From assembly GCA_000934665.2 (NCBI GenBank), contig KZ538657.1, positions 1 through 55,772 on the forward strand: a stretch of 55,772 nucleotides of DNA, written 5' to 3'. The number at the start of each line of letters is the position of its first letter. The first letter of the stretch is position 1. Positions 22,601 through 35,800 of this stretch are shown piece by piece. This stretch comes from Catajapyx aquilonaris. Taxonomy: Eukaryota. The notes beneath the pieces were generated by a model. It was given only the letters and a program-made list of their open reading frames with translations, was not told the origin of the DNA and made no database searches. Made by a program: the position numbers and the translations under genes.

Positions 22601-23981
22601 GGGATTGTGACTGAGATCCAATACCTCCAAGTAGTCCTGATTGTCAAAGAGGTGGTTGTGAAGCGTGTAGATTCGATTGTGCGCCACATGCAGCTCTCTC
22701 AGAGCCGGCACATATTGAAAGGCTCCCTTGTGCACCTTATGGATCCGGTTATGGTTAAACTTGACCACCCTCAACTCTTCCAGGGTCTTTGGTTCAATCC
22801 CCTGGTTAAACGCAAATAGTCCTCCCAAAATCCCCTCATGAAGTGACGTCAAATTGTTATAACTCAAATCCAGCTCTTCCAGCTTAGCAAATCCATTCAT
22901 CTGGCCCCCTTCGATGTGAAAAATATGGTTATGTCTAAGCGAGAGTCTGGTCACCGGGAGATTCCTCAGATCAAACAAATCCACCACATACGGACTCTTC
23001 TGCGTCACCTGCAAGAATGACAGGTTTCGTAACCCAGCCGAATCAAAGATGACCGCTGTCTTGGCAAACGTATCGTGGTCCCGGAAGTACTGATACGGAA
23101 AGGTAAGCTGGGACAGTGGCAGTTCGGAAATTTGTTGTCCCGAACAGTCGATGACCAACACTTCCTGTTCTGGTGAGGACGTCTCCTGCTCTTCCTCCTC
23201 CGCCTCTGCTTCCTCCTTAGCCTCCGGGTAGCACTGGCAATCCACGAAGGCCGTGCAGATGTCACTTACAGCACCCTGGCTGCTGTTGCCGGCGCTACCG
23301 CTGCTGCCCAAGCTCTGTCAAGGACAACATCCTACTGTCATGTCATTTGGCTTTTAGGGGTCATGGCTTCTGATTCATCACAAACTGACGTCATAAAATA
23401 TACACACAAAAATGTACTAGCCTATTTTATCCGTTTATTAACTAGACAGCGGCTTACTCCAATAAATAATTGGTCGGTCACCAGCAGGTCATATTGAGCA
23501 AAAATACTTGGTGGTGCCTGACAGAAAGCATCGATTTTACCATCACCGGCACTCAATACCCCGTTGCATTAATATATAAGGTCTCGACAAACGACTCGTC
23601 ATGGGTCACTCAAAGCTGTTATAAAAGGATCCAAAAATAGAACGCTCGGAATATTTGAGCACATTGCATAGACGCCATCATGCCAGCATACAATAAGTCC
23701 CGCAAAATGCGCGTTACACCGAGTATTGGCCAGCCTGCATCAAGTGCTTGATCGCATTACGCATCTCGATTAGCCTGACTGACACCCAGGGCGGTGTATT
23801 TCCTGCCAGAGCAACAATACACGGTTCGTCCCCCTCTGAACATACAAAAAAAAAACATGTTCTTCCTGGTATGATCAGCAACAAAAATGGTGAAAAAACG
23901 TACAAAAAATGGACTCGCCTGTGCAATCCTGAGCAGGCAAAAGAAGGAAAGCAGCAAGAGCAGGAGCACCGCCACTCGCAT
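19367..23981 (-). CDS. Extracellular leucine-rich repeat protein with signal peptide, LRRNT, about 10 LRRs, LRRCT and probable GPI anchor; complement(join(19367..19610,19722..19900,19970..20158,20227..20424,22544..23314,23919..23981)), about 547 aa
   Basis: Signal peptide MRVAVLLLLLLSFFCLL; LRRNT C..CxC...IDCS; repeated LxxLxLxxN units (LEELDLSYNNL, LRELHVAHNRI, LEVLDLSHNPI, LELLDLSGNSF); LRRCT NPWSCDCRLRWM...TCSSP; short hydrophobic C-terminus. Intron phases 0,0,0,0,2 are consistent. Confidence 0.88.
19722..19900 (-). CDS. LRR gene exon 5 (last LRR and first half of LRRCT)
   Basis: Acceptor catttcag|TTA; encodes LHLYNNSMTTL...NPWSCDCRLRWM; donor AC|gtgggt in phase 2. Confidence 0.85.
19970..20158 (-). 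CDS. LRR gene exon 4
   Basis: Acceptor attacag|GGA; encodes GLAHLQELSLSYM...LRLLHMSHNHRL; donor CAG|gtaact. Confidence 0.9.
20227..20424 (-). CDS. LRR gene exon 3
   Basis: Acceptor tttcag|GTG; encodes VLNLSHAGLSSLPEG...LSLDMNPIATLNQSSFQ; donor CAG|gtatga. Confidence 0.9.
20680..20701. repeat. (CA)n microsatellite
   Basis: About 11 CA units in LRR intron 2. Confidence 0.9.
21476..21646. mobile_element. hAT (Charlie-like) MITE in LRR intron 2
   Basis: 14-bp perfect TIR CAGTGGTTTCCAAC/GTTGGAAACCACTG with G-rich subtermini; no clear TSD remains. Confidence 0.7.
22544..23314 (-). CDS. LRR gene exon 2 (LRRNT and N-terminal LRRs)
   Basis: Acceptor ccttgacag|AGC; 257 open codons; donor CAG|gtaatt. 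Confidence 0.9.
23919..23981 (-). CDS. LRR gene exon 1 (signal peptide)
   Basis: Encodes MRVAVLLLLLLSFFCLLRIAQ, followed by CAG|gcgagt (GC donor). An in-frame GT donor (TTT|gtacgt) 15 nt downstream is an alternative. Confidence 0.7.
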
Positions 23982-26869
23982 CCTGTTGTGGAGGACACTT
24001 TTGCCCACCTTCTGCCAGCAACAGCAGCAGCTCCACCGACGCATCACGACACCATCTCTCCCAGAAGCTCTTCTTCGTCTATCACTAACCAACACTCACC
24101 CATCCATCCATGTCCTTGAGGCCCCCGCAAAACAAGCCTTGATTGAATCCGCGCCAACTCCACTACACTATATACCAGGGTATATTATAATATTAAAAAA
24201 TGGGGAGTCAGTATGAGCACACTCAGACGGATGACCAAAGGCGGTCCGGAGAGCCTCTTTTGTGCTGCAATGGCTCTCGTGTGAGTAGTGCGAGTGGTGC
24301 GGATGTCTGCAGTGGCCAATAGTCAAGTGCTAAGTTGGTCCTTGGCATAGCCCACTCGTATTAGGTGTGTTGTTGCGTGACGGGCGTCGTTGGCGGAATT
24401 TTTCTTCAGACCGTTTGCCTTGCATGCAAGAAGTACTTCGATCGGTGGCCGATGCTTACGCTCGATTCGTTTTTCACGGAAGTAAGCCCGGCTAGAAAAG
24501 CTTGCATTAATCATAGATGGCCATTCATCGCCAAATTAGATTCCGGATAGGGAATGGCACGGAAAAGGTCTGCTGGGGTAGGCCATCTCGTCGACAGGAA
24601 TTTGTGTCGATCAACTTCCGGTTGCACCACTAGCCTACTGGCAGGTGTCGTGCAAGGTGACTGGTGCAATGGACGCAGTCTCATTAAGAGGTCAACGACG
24701 GTGTATGTTCGAGTGCGTGCATGCACTATTTTATCAGAGTCAATATTTGTAGTGCGTGCTAGGCTATGTGCTATACCTGGTATAGATAGGATGGTAGATA
24801 CCGTATGTTGGAGGATATTATACTCTCCCAAGAGAAAACCAAGTAACACTCCAAATTATTACTTGCAACCTGAGTCATATCATTTATAAGCACATATTTA
24901 CTTGCTCTTAGGCTGCGAGCATTGGCCGTTACTATTGAGTCGGGTTACTTAATCCGAGTGAATCATTTTGAGGGATATATTATTGTCACCAAATTTTTAA
25001 GTCTTTATCACTTGACAGAGCCTAGATGCCCAACATCTTGTAATAGTTAGAGCACTGTGTAATTTTTAAAATGCTTGCTTTTATGCAGCAGAACGAATTA
25101 GGTTAATGAGATAAAAAGGATACTAGGTATATATCATTGCAATATATTTCAATCGTTAAAACTGTGACGTTTTGTTATATACCAACAAAAGAATAGATAG
25201 AAACGCTGAAGCTCGGCCACTCGATACTAAGCCAATTTAATTATTAAAGAAGCTGGAGGAATCGTATATCCAAACGGCTGACAGAATGGCGAGGATATAT
25301 CGTGATAAAGGAATAATAAGGTCGTTATTTAATCATTTCCTCCCTCATATTTCTAGTACCAACACCCAGCCCATTAATTTTGTCCTAAATCTGTATCATG
25401 CGTGACTATCACATATAATAAAGAAATTCATATGAATGCAGTCTGGGTTGATCTGAAGACATTTTCATGTGAACTGTAGACATAGCTTGCTGATTTATTT
25501 CAAGGGCATTTCAAATTTTTGCAGTAGGCCTACAGTACCTACAGTATTAGACTTGATGGAGTCTTTAAAGGGAAACATTTAATGCGATGTTAGGAAATAC
25601 AACGGCCATTTATACGATCCATGGTGTGGCACCAAGGACATTTGAAAGTGACTTAAGTAAGGCTTCGTTTATGAAAAGCATATAATTACGATGTAATTAT
25701 GTACATTCTACACCATATGGCGTAGCATATACGTAAATACAAGGCAGAAAGATTTATGACAACTTCGTTGACATATACATAATTATTTGAAAAATAGGCG
25801 TGTAAAAGGCAATGGCATTCAAACTGTAATAATCCTTTTGATATTGCCTAGCATAATATTATGTACTTGGATATGTCATTGTTTTGCAACATTTTGAGAT
25901 ATAACTAGCATCTAATTCAGTTATAACGAGAAAATAGTTTTAAAAACGCATAAAGAACAAAACAACAACATCAACATCATGACACCTCCCTGTGAAAGGA
26001 GTAGTCAGCTCAAAAACAACACAAAATAATAGTCAATAACATTCAATCCAATAAAATACACTGAAAATTCCTAACGACGTTTATTAAGTAATGAACCAAT
26101 GTCAACATTTGATTTTCAGATCGATCAGAGACACATTTTGGCCGAAATGTACTTGACCATTATGTCATATAAGCAGCTCTTGATATAAGTTATTCCTTGA
26201 CTCACAGTAGGCTACTTTCCACACGGTCAATGCAAGTCAGTTTTCTGCAGTAATAATATTACAGTTTATTAAAGAAATCTTGGAAATAAACGGGATTCCC
26301 CTCAGGAATAATATTCAGTCTTCAAAACTGTCGCATCTCAAAATCGTGCCGATGCGACTCTTATCCTATATACTGCATATCAAGTCTTCACTTTGAAGAT
26401 CGTCTCTATGAAAATGTGAACCACATCATATCATTTCTAACTCAAAGACCCTACAGCGCCCTACAGTATAGAAGGTATTATTTTCACTTTAATGTTTCTC
26501 ACACGTATATGTACCATTCAGAGGTAAAATTTTAAAACTCATTTCCCCCACAAAACTTTATAGTCTCTTGATGGCTGCATTCAAACATCATGTCGATGGA
26601 ATAAATTTTTTGTCGTATAAGGAACCAGATTTTGTATGCCTATATGTTACTCATCATTAATTTGACCAATCATGTGCCATCCTGTAGTTTGTCGAGTAAG
26701 AATTTTTAAACATACTGTCCTCACAAATTGAAACGCGTGTAGGTATACTGTGCATTCCAGTATAGTTACGGTCATAATATTGTTAAAATTCAGAATTGCG
26801 AATTGACACCATGCTTTGTGTGTAAACTACTGTCTTGTAAGTTAAAGGGGGTATTATGTGTCATGACAG

Positions 26870-27029
26870 CAGCGGCGTAGCCAGGAAATTTGTAAGGGTG
26901 GGGGGGGGNNNNNNNNNNNNNNNNNNNNNNNNNNNNNNNNNNNNNNNNNNNNNNNNNNNNNNNNNNNNNNNNNNNNNNNNNNNNNNNNNNNNNNNNNNNN
27001 CCCCCCCCCTCCCCCTGCCTACGCCACTG
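26870..27029. mobile_element. hAT-type MITE spanning assembly gap 26909-27000
   Basis: TIR CAGCGGCGTAGCCAGG/CCTGCCTACGCCACTG; 8-bp TSD CATGACAG/CATGACAC (one mismatch); G and C homopolymers border the gap. Confidence 0.8.
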
Positions 27030-30000
27030 CATGACACATTATTACCACCCACCGAATTTGATAAGTGCAACCGAACAATGTCCTTATCCAGGGACGGCAG
27101 GAAGTAAAGGCGTAGTCGAAAATGTAGTGAACGGAACATACCAGGTAAAGGACAGGTAATTGGAGAGGGAAGGTCGGAAGATTCAATGGTCATTCCGGGA
27201 AAAACATCTTCCCGGATTACAACCTGAATGCCCATAAGCATCGGTTATTGTAACCGACTACAAAAGGATGACAGACTTGCAAATATACTCTTCACATTCA
27301 TGAGAGCAGTTTTAAAGAATGATTGATACATACTGTATTTGCGGGATTTTTTTTGATCTTGATTTGGATTTATTTTTACCTACACTCGTCTGTTCCTGCA
27401 GATGCGAAAGTAAATCTAGCGAGGAAGCTGGATACATTACCCGTCACTCATTGCAAAGTTCAGACATTTAATTAATTCCCAAACAATAAACTATATTTGT
27501 GATATCAACCATAATATAGCATCAGAAGAAGTAACGAAATCGCTTTTATTAAGAATCTTGCCCTCACATTACCCCAGTATTTTGAAAGTCAAGATGAATC
27601 TAAAAAAGTAGGGTCTAAATTCACTTAAATCAGAAGTGACATCCTACATCTATAATTCCCCCACGCAGTACCTATAGAAATAGAGTGCGTAGGCTATATT
27701 GCAGATAGTACAAGCGGATATCGATTAGGAGGCCAAGAATAGCTGATCAATCTACGCCAGCGGTGAGCTGAAGATTCACGTTGACAAGAATATATTCCAT
27801 CCTTGAGAAGCATCCCAGAGGCAAACATCTAGGATCCACCCCAAACATTCCTCCGGTCTGCGGCGGGGACTCCCGAAGATCCTATACACTTATGAAACTA
27901 GGGTGACGCTCATCTTCCTCTATTTTTTGAGAGATAGTCTCTACCTTAAAAAACCGTGTCCCTGAGTCTCCCTTCTGCAATAAGTCTAGTTTTCATATCG
28001 GCAGCACGGCTTTTGTAGTGTTGGTGAAAAGGGTACGGGGAAAATTCAATAATGTTCTCTCGCACCTGTTAATATCCGTCTATATCCAGCAGCAGGCGGG
28101 CCTTGCATCCAACCCACTCTCAGATAGCAAAAGGGGGGGTTGAAGAAGGTATATCTATGTATAAAAAAAGGGCAGTAGCATCAGCACAAAAGGGCGTAGG
28201 TGAGGGCTGTCCCCATGCCAACCAGGCCAGAGCACGCGGCCGTTTTATTACTGCCTTCCCCGCTGCGATTACCGGTTTTGGCGTTTATTAGCGCACCTAA
28301 TGAGACTGCTCTCTCGTGAATACGCTGTTTATGAAACGCTAAATGCCTGCCCTAACTCGATTTGACGTGTGTTGATGTGCGCTAATCAGATGGGGAATGG
28401 GCGGCCTCTTGTATCGCAAGCCCCGCTAACCCTAAACTCCGGGAGAGACGTGGCCTATAGTCTATCCGGACAGGCTATATAGTATCTGGTAACGCAATTT
28501 GCTTGCGCTGCCTGTCTTGATTGAATTGATCAATTGGGCCTGGGCTGGCTCCGGTTAACCATCCGGGAGGAGCCTCCATTCCAGCTCCCCTTCCTCTCAA
28601 TATTGGCAGCTAATGAGGTATCAGCCGCTTCTCTGCGGGCTGAGAGCCCCCGCTTGGACCTGGACTAACGCACTTTACTCCCAAACGCCAACACTCCGCC
28701 ACTTCCATTAGATCAGGACTACAACACCCTTCAAACCTACTACCTACCTCCTCAACTGAAAACACACAAAAAAAATGGAAATATGCAATCCATCTTTTTA
28801 CAGTAGTTATTTGCGTCTGGTACTATCCCAGTATCGTAATATACGACCTTTGAACTTCCCGCTCTTGTAGCCAAATGACTACCTTGAACCTAGAGGCTTC
28901 CTTTGAATAATTAGGGACTAATTCGTATGGTACAGGTGAGCCATGTATGCGATGTCACACTCTATTTGGGATGGGCCATCAGTACGTCTCTTTTAGTCGT
29001 GTGGACTCATTTTCTTCCATTTAGGAGACTGATTAGGGATGATTTTCGGGGGAGCTGTGATGGTGCGGGTCTCCATGGCAGCCATGTCATATCCCCCCCC
29101 CTTCAGCAGGCTGCATAGTTCCTGTGGGGCATGCGTCGTGTGTTCCATACCCGCCCCCTTAATAATAAAATCAGCACATTACTCACTGCAGCCTGCCTTT
29201 CAAAAGCGGACATTTTGCTGGGATTAAATGCACTCCTCCCCCCATCCTGCCCAGCTTTTTTGCGTCCTCGCTTGCCCGGTACGGTAATTAGCACTATTGT
29301 GTAGGGGCTCGGACTTTTTTAATGAGGGGCCCAATTGTGTTGGGAATAATCCAATCACAATAGTGCTAAGTCTAGCTGGGTGGCTTGAGTCTCATTGAGG
29401 TAGCGCAGGTGACATAAGCTGCCTTCAAGTATTTGTCGGATCAGTACCTTTTGGCACAACAATGATTCGGTGTGGTAACAGGAGGCTGAGAAGATTGTCA
29501 AAATTAGCAAGTACCTTAGTTCATGCCAGACAGTTACATTCAGTAAGCACTATACGGTTGGTTCCACAACCAGGGAAAAAAAACAGTCACCAAAGTGTTT
29601 ACACCAAAATGCAAACCAAGACGTTCAATCCAATAAAAAAAACTTTTCAGGAAAAGATGACACGAATCGATGATTCATATTACCGGTAGGCCTATGTATT
29701 ATTCAAGCATCCTCCTTATGTTTCGATATTCTTGACTTTCATCCTTAACTGATAGGATTTCCGGCATTTTACGATGCGTTTGAGTGGAGGACACTTTTTG
29801 ATCGATAAATATTCAACCTCTTATACGTATCAGAGTTTTAAAACCGGAAATTTCCATCCCATCATGTGCCATTCGACATCTCCTTAGAGGGGAGAAGTCA
29901 TTGTTTCAAATTCATCTCATGCGCATGTTACTTGTTCATCAATATCCATTGTGAATTGAAATAATTCCATCGCCTGATGTATGATACACCTAATGGAATA

Positions 30001-30636
30001 CGCAAGTGCAACTGCGCCGTAACTTATACTCCCATGCACACCTTATTTTATTGCATGGACCAATCAAATGGTGCAATATCAAGGCAGCGCACTAGTTCGT
30101 CACCACGCTTGTGCGTATAAGTTGCAATCAAGTCATCAGAGTAAGAGAGCTTGGAGATTGGCTTAAAGGGAGATAGATAGTATTAGAGTGCCATTGGACA
30201 GGATCAATATAATTCTAGAATTAGTGTGCGTTGCAGAGTTTCTCAGTAGCTCGGGAAAAATGGGAATCAATACATCATTCGATGAAGAAAACATGGGGAG
30301 AATATAGAGATGGCTTCTTTCGTATTTCCTCTCACATCACACGCATTGTAAATCGAATGAAGGCCAGAAATGGAGAGCTATCATAATAACATTTTAGTCA
30401 ATGTTGAGTTTGGCATTGCGTAATATGGCCCTTGACATATTTTCTGCGGGAGAGGTAATTTCAGCCTTGTACAAAAATCCTTTTAAAAATAAGAGGAATC
30501 TTCGATCTTTCTCTCATATTGAAATCATTCCAATGTCACTGTGATTCAGAGCTTTCTACTCCTTGCGTCCTAGATCATGCACTATATCGCTCAAAAACAT
30601 AGAGACGATTTTGCATTTGATTCAAGTGCAAGCTTA

Positions 30637-30801
30637 CACTATCGTTCAGTTTCCAACATTTTCCCCTTAAACCCGCCCTAATTTTCACTTAAATGAAAGG
30701 AAACGGAAATATGACGTTTACACTTTTTATGTGGAAACTAAGGGAGTTTTAAGTGGAAAAGGCGTATTTTAACACTTATCAGTGGAAACTGAACGATACT
30801 G
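30637..30801. mobile_element. MITE with TIRs and internal AGTGGAAA-like repeats
   Basis: TATCGTTCAGTTTCCA (30640-30655) and TGGAAACTGAACGATA (30783-30798) form a perfect inverted pair. Confidence 0.7.
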
Positions 30802-31130
30802 CAGTATTACGGAACCCTATTTTATTCAAGTATGTTCCGTGTGATTTTGTAGGTGGTTTCTTGCTCCCCAAGACATACTAAGTATTGTACTGTTCGTACA
30901 TAATTCCTCTCCATTCTAAGTGATTCACAATGCGCAATCTTAACGAGACAAAATGTTGTGCACCTGACATAAATTTTCACGCATTTAGAATTTTTAACGT
31001 AGGTTAAGCTAGCTCTCCACTCTGTCAATTGCACATATCTGTAGTGTTTCCGGTACTGTACAGCATTGGTCACATGGTGGAAAGAAGTCAGTTGTTTGCC
31101 AAAGTTTATCCAGATGATGGAGACCCACCG

Positions 31131-31176
31131 ACCGGACTGTACAGTGCACGTCGCGACGTGCACTGTACAGTCCGGT
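31131..31176. repeat. Perfect 46-bp palindrome, no spacer
   Basis: ACCGGACTGTACAGTGCACGTCG|CGACGTGCACTGTACAGTCCGGT. Confidence 0.95.
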
Positions 31177-32872
31177 GGTTATGATGGACCAAAATAATAC
31201 CAAAACATAAGGTATTGTACGGAAAATTCCATCAACTTAAAAATGTGAATCCAGCCCATGTTGGCGATTTACATGATGCATGTGTCACCCTACGTCTCGC
31301 GCTGACTGGTGGACACCAAACACAAAGACTCTCGTGTGAACCCAGCTCAATTCACAACAGAAACGTCTCTGCTCCTCTATACATTTGAGGCTGCTCCGTG
31401 TGTCGGCACACAAAGTGTGCAAATCTGGAATTGATATCGGCGTGAACCCTAGAACACTGTAGAACGGCCTCACAGGCTAGCTCTGAGGAAAGCAAAAACG
31501 CGATTTGTGCAAACGGCAAGCGACCCTTAAACTGATTTCTGCCATCTTCACCCTTTGGCCTCCGGGGAACTGAACGACTCCATCCGGGAACATATTCCAC
31601 TCTGAAAATCTTTCTTCTCCTTGGGTACCTATCTCCGAGACGAACCAATACGAAGAAATGGCACAATCCCCCTGAAACATGATCCTCCGCTTTCCTAATA
31701 AATTGAGTGGGCTGGGGGATGTGTCAGAATGTCAAATGGATTTGATCGTTAATTAATTACTTGAGTTGCCGGATTATGAAAGATGGAGGAAGGAAGAGGG
31801 GGATGGGGATGGAGAGACGGGGGAGGAAGAGACCCGTGTTTGCCAATTACGTAGCAAAACCTTGGCTTCCATAATCCTCTATCGTAAGGGCTTAGGAAGA
31901 ATTTACGTGATTGGCTGGGATCGCCGGCACGGCCAGAAAGGGAAGCTGGAATTTGAAACCCGGATGATGATGGCAGCTATCCGTATTTTTTCCTCCACCC
32001 CCCCCCCCCCCGCCCCCCACCCTTTTGTTCATGTCTTTAGCTTAACTTTAATGAGGCCACTCCCGATTTAAGCACACTAATTCCTGCTTACAAGGGGGTA
32101 AATAAGACGTTACCTAAAATCGCCGGACATACCAAGCGTTTCATCAGAAATCCTGAAAATCCCTTTGGATTGTCAACACACCCACTCAGAAAACGCTTTG
32201 CACTCATCCAAAATTCTGTCTGTCTCCACTGCCTCATATGCAGATCTTCTTACAGTCAAATAGCCTTAGTTGCTTCAGCTCCTTCCTGCTCAAACAAGGA
32301 AACATCCAACTGGAATTATTGCATATTATATAGTGCTATATTTTGAGAAGCACCACCTAAGAGGTCCAATCACAAGTTTAAATGATTTCAGCCTATTTAT
32401 TGGTAATGGTACTCTGTATGGCAAACTTTGGGTTGCTCACCATGCAATGGCCCTTAAATTCTTACGAGTTAATTTCAAATATTTATTATGACCTGCAGGC
32501 ATGCACGAGGGTATCCACATTTGTCAGGGTAGTCAACATCGATTTCAAAGGTCGACATCTCCATAACGGAGAGTCATCGACCTTTCAGACCCAAACCATG
32601 TTTCTTCCACAGGCACTCCTACTACCCATATTATTTTGGCAGATAAATTCACTAACACCCTGTATAAACTGTTAAAAGTAAATAAGTTAGAAAAGTGAGT
32701 AAACTACATAGGGTGACCAGACTACAAGCCTAAATCCAATCACCCTCAACCTCCAAATATGTCACCTTGACCTGCAGCCTTTGTTCGATTGGGTCAGAAG
32801 AAACTTACCATTGTCACTGTAAAGATCAATCAGATGAAAGCCAACGGTAATGATGGTAAACGTAATTTTTTT

Positions 32873-32878
32873 TTTATT
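32873..32878 (-). terminator. Candidate polyadenylation signal of the RhoGAP gene (implies a 3' UTR of about 3.2 kb)
   Basis: First minus-strand AATAAA I could find after the stop at 36093; the intervening sequence is U-rich on the minus strand and has no credible ORF. Confidence 0.4.
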
Positions 32879-35800
32879 TGATGCGTATATATACACATAA
32901 TGACCTTTTTGGTGTTTTTTCAGTGCAAAATGCAGGAATTAACACGAAGACAGCGATAAACGGCTTCAACAGTAAAAAAAAAGTATAAATTATGAGTAAA
33001 CTCGTTAAATAACGGTATGACTGATCTATACTGCATATAATGACAACAAAAAGGAGTTTTGCACATAAACACATTGGACGTCAGCAACTTTAGAGGGAAC
33101 GTTATTTTTGTCTCAGGCTCATTGGATTGAACTATTACAAGCCCATCCATGGCTATTTAAGATGATCATTCCTCCATGGCTTCAGACAAGAGTGAAGCTA
33201 CTTGAACGTTCTTCCTTCCAAGGACATTTGAATGCTTTCTAGGCCAAAATGCCAAGCGTCAGAGAGAGATGGCGCCATGAGACCCATCTGTCGTTTCCGG
33301 GCTGCCACCTTCTACCTCATCCCATGTCAAACTAAAATTGCCAAGCACGGCCCTCCAATGTCCTTATGTGGAATCCTCCAAATGATGCAAAATAGTAGGG
33401 GTTGCCTATCCTATAATGAACTGTACAATTGACACTTGTACTTTAGCAGCAAACAATCAAAAACAAAGCACTGGAGAAGAGTTTTGAAATGAACCAAAGA
33501 TTTTTTCTTTTTCTTTTGGTTTCTTCCCGCACTTCTTTCACAGATAAAAATATCATGTCCACTCTTGATCAAGTCTGGTGTCTCTCGTTCCATCAACACT
33601 TTTTTTCCTTCTTCTTGCCATAGTCCACTCATTCCTCATACAAGGCACTGACTCCATCCAACGGAAGCCTTCTAGAATTCCTTATTTCCCCCTTTTGCTG
33701 CTCATTCTTGTCCATGTACCCAAAGAGCACAACAATGTACTCGCACTATCTTCACGTCCGGAATGTGCAAACATTATAATCATGACTCGCACTCACCCCT
33801 TGCTCCCCTAAAAAATGCAACAAGGTTAAGCCTAAAAATACTACCGAGTATGGAAATTGCAATGGAAAAAGGGGAAGTTACACACAACACTTGTTGAGTT
33901 GTTATGTCTCTAACTTGGGGTACTGAAATGACACTGGTTTCTTTGGCAACTGAAGAGCTCTCATTCACTTTCGCACTGTTCTCAAGAAGCAACTTATTGA
34001 GTTCACACACGAACACATTTCCTCTTTTTTTGCCACTTACTTGGCAAGTCAGTCAAATATTCATCTTTAGGCAATACTTGGGAGAGGTTGGGGTGGTTTG
34101 TATATGTAAGCCTAACTCATCTGCGAGTATCCAAGAAATATGTAGCGGAATGAAAAAAACGATGCATCTCCAGCTACATGGTTGACAAGCTTTGGCAATG
34201 AATTGGGGAGGAATCGAATTGGCAGCTACAAATTGCGGAGAAAACCAAGTCAAAAAACTGGCACAAGCTTGACCTCTTTACTTAAAATACTGCACTGAAA
34301 AAAAAAGCCCCGACCTGCCTATCCTAATGACAGAGATTACAAAAAAGAAATCTTTCCTGGGCCATAACAATAAACCTTAAGTACTACGCAGCAGTCCTGC
34401 AGCTGTGGGTGAGTCCTCCAAATAAAACTCTTGCCAAGTCATCTGTAAGGTAAAGGGAAGTGTTAATTTTTTAAGTAATCGTGACAAAATATAAGTATGA
34501 ATAAAATGAGAGTGATCCAGTCTACTGTCCACGGTCAAGAATGGGACAAAATGTGGGCGGAGGTCCGGCAACTATCTATGAGGTCTTTTCAATACCACCA
34601 AGTCTGATTGTAAGCACTGAGGCAAACAGGGACAGCATGGTCCACCACATGATAAAAATTTACCCACAACAAGGCAGGTCACTTCACGTGACAAAGCATG
34701 ATTCGGCTCCCATCTTCACAGGGGATAGGGTCATACGAAGTGTACAAAAGAAAATGGGTAGCACAGCATAATGTGGTACTGTCTACTTTCTACTAGAATG
34801 GCTACTCAGCCAACTCATCGTGAGGTATGTCCATGTTTCAAATTCTACTTGATGTAGGGTCAGTTGGGGCAAGTGCAGCATTGCTTCCAATATACTGTAT
34901 GGCACAAGTTAGCATAAAAGTATTAAAAGTGCCAGGGGCAGGCTAGCTAGTGGTCCCAGGGGCCCATATTTCTCTAGTGCACCTTCATTATTAACACACA
35001 GGGTGCTTCTCTACCTCAGATGCTAATCCAAAGCGGGGGAATGGGAGAGTTGATGGCTTAGTCACCCCTGGCAATGTTAATCAAGTCAGTGGCCACCTTG
35101 CAGTTGCCTCAAACCTTATTCCAAGTCAGGACTGGAGTTTGATCTTGGACCTGGGGTGAGTAATATATCAATTCTTTCCCATCCTCACCATTGGGATTGT
35201 CAACTTGAGGATAGAAACAAAATGTGTTTCTGTGGTAAAAAAATTAATTGCACCACGGAAAAAGACTGTTCACGACTCCGTCACTGAACGCTGCATCTCA
35301 AAACTGCTTCAAAACAAGTTATTATGCCACACACTTTTTAATAGTCTGCACATGATGATAGTAACAAAATTAGCTATTGAATATCCACAATGAACCTCCC
35401 GAGTTTCAAAGAGCGATAAAAAATATAAATACGGAAGCACAGAAAGGTTTTGGTTGTTTAAACGGTCTGAAGACTTTATCACGTTTCATCCTGAATTTTT
35501 GGAACTGCATATGTGATGCGGTGGTGCTCCTGTGGGGGATACTGTCAGAAGATGCAAACATAGCATCTACAGAGGGGAAAGCGCAAGTTGTGTGGTGGTT
35601 AGCCGAACTTAATTTGATCACAGGAGTGCTGGACATGCTGAATATATTGCATTTCCACAACTCCAAGACAGAGTCGATGCAACTGAAGTGGACAGACCAA
35701 ATACTGACGTGTCCTCCATCACCCCTGACATGCTGGAGAGAACCTCGGGGGAGGGAGATTTTCGGCTTAAAATTGTGCTTGATACTAAAGGAGCAATGGT

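Noticed and set aside
23748..24216. Plus-strand ORFs of 109-123 aa, and the upstream in-frame ATG (MRRWSCCCC) of the LRR gene
   Set aside because: The ORFs are antisense to the LRR 5' UTR and signal exon. The ATG at 23981 directly begins a typical signal peptide, although the upstream ATG cannot be fully excluded.
31285..31680. Possible minus-strand exon (tttcag acceptor near 31672, overlapping ORFs)
   Set aside because: No recognisable protein in any frame and no partner exons.
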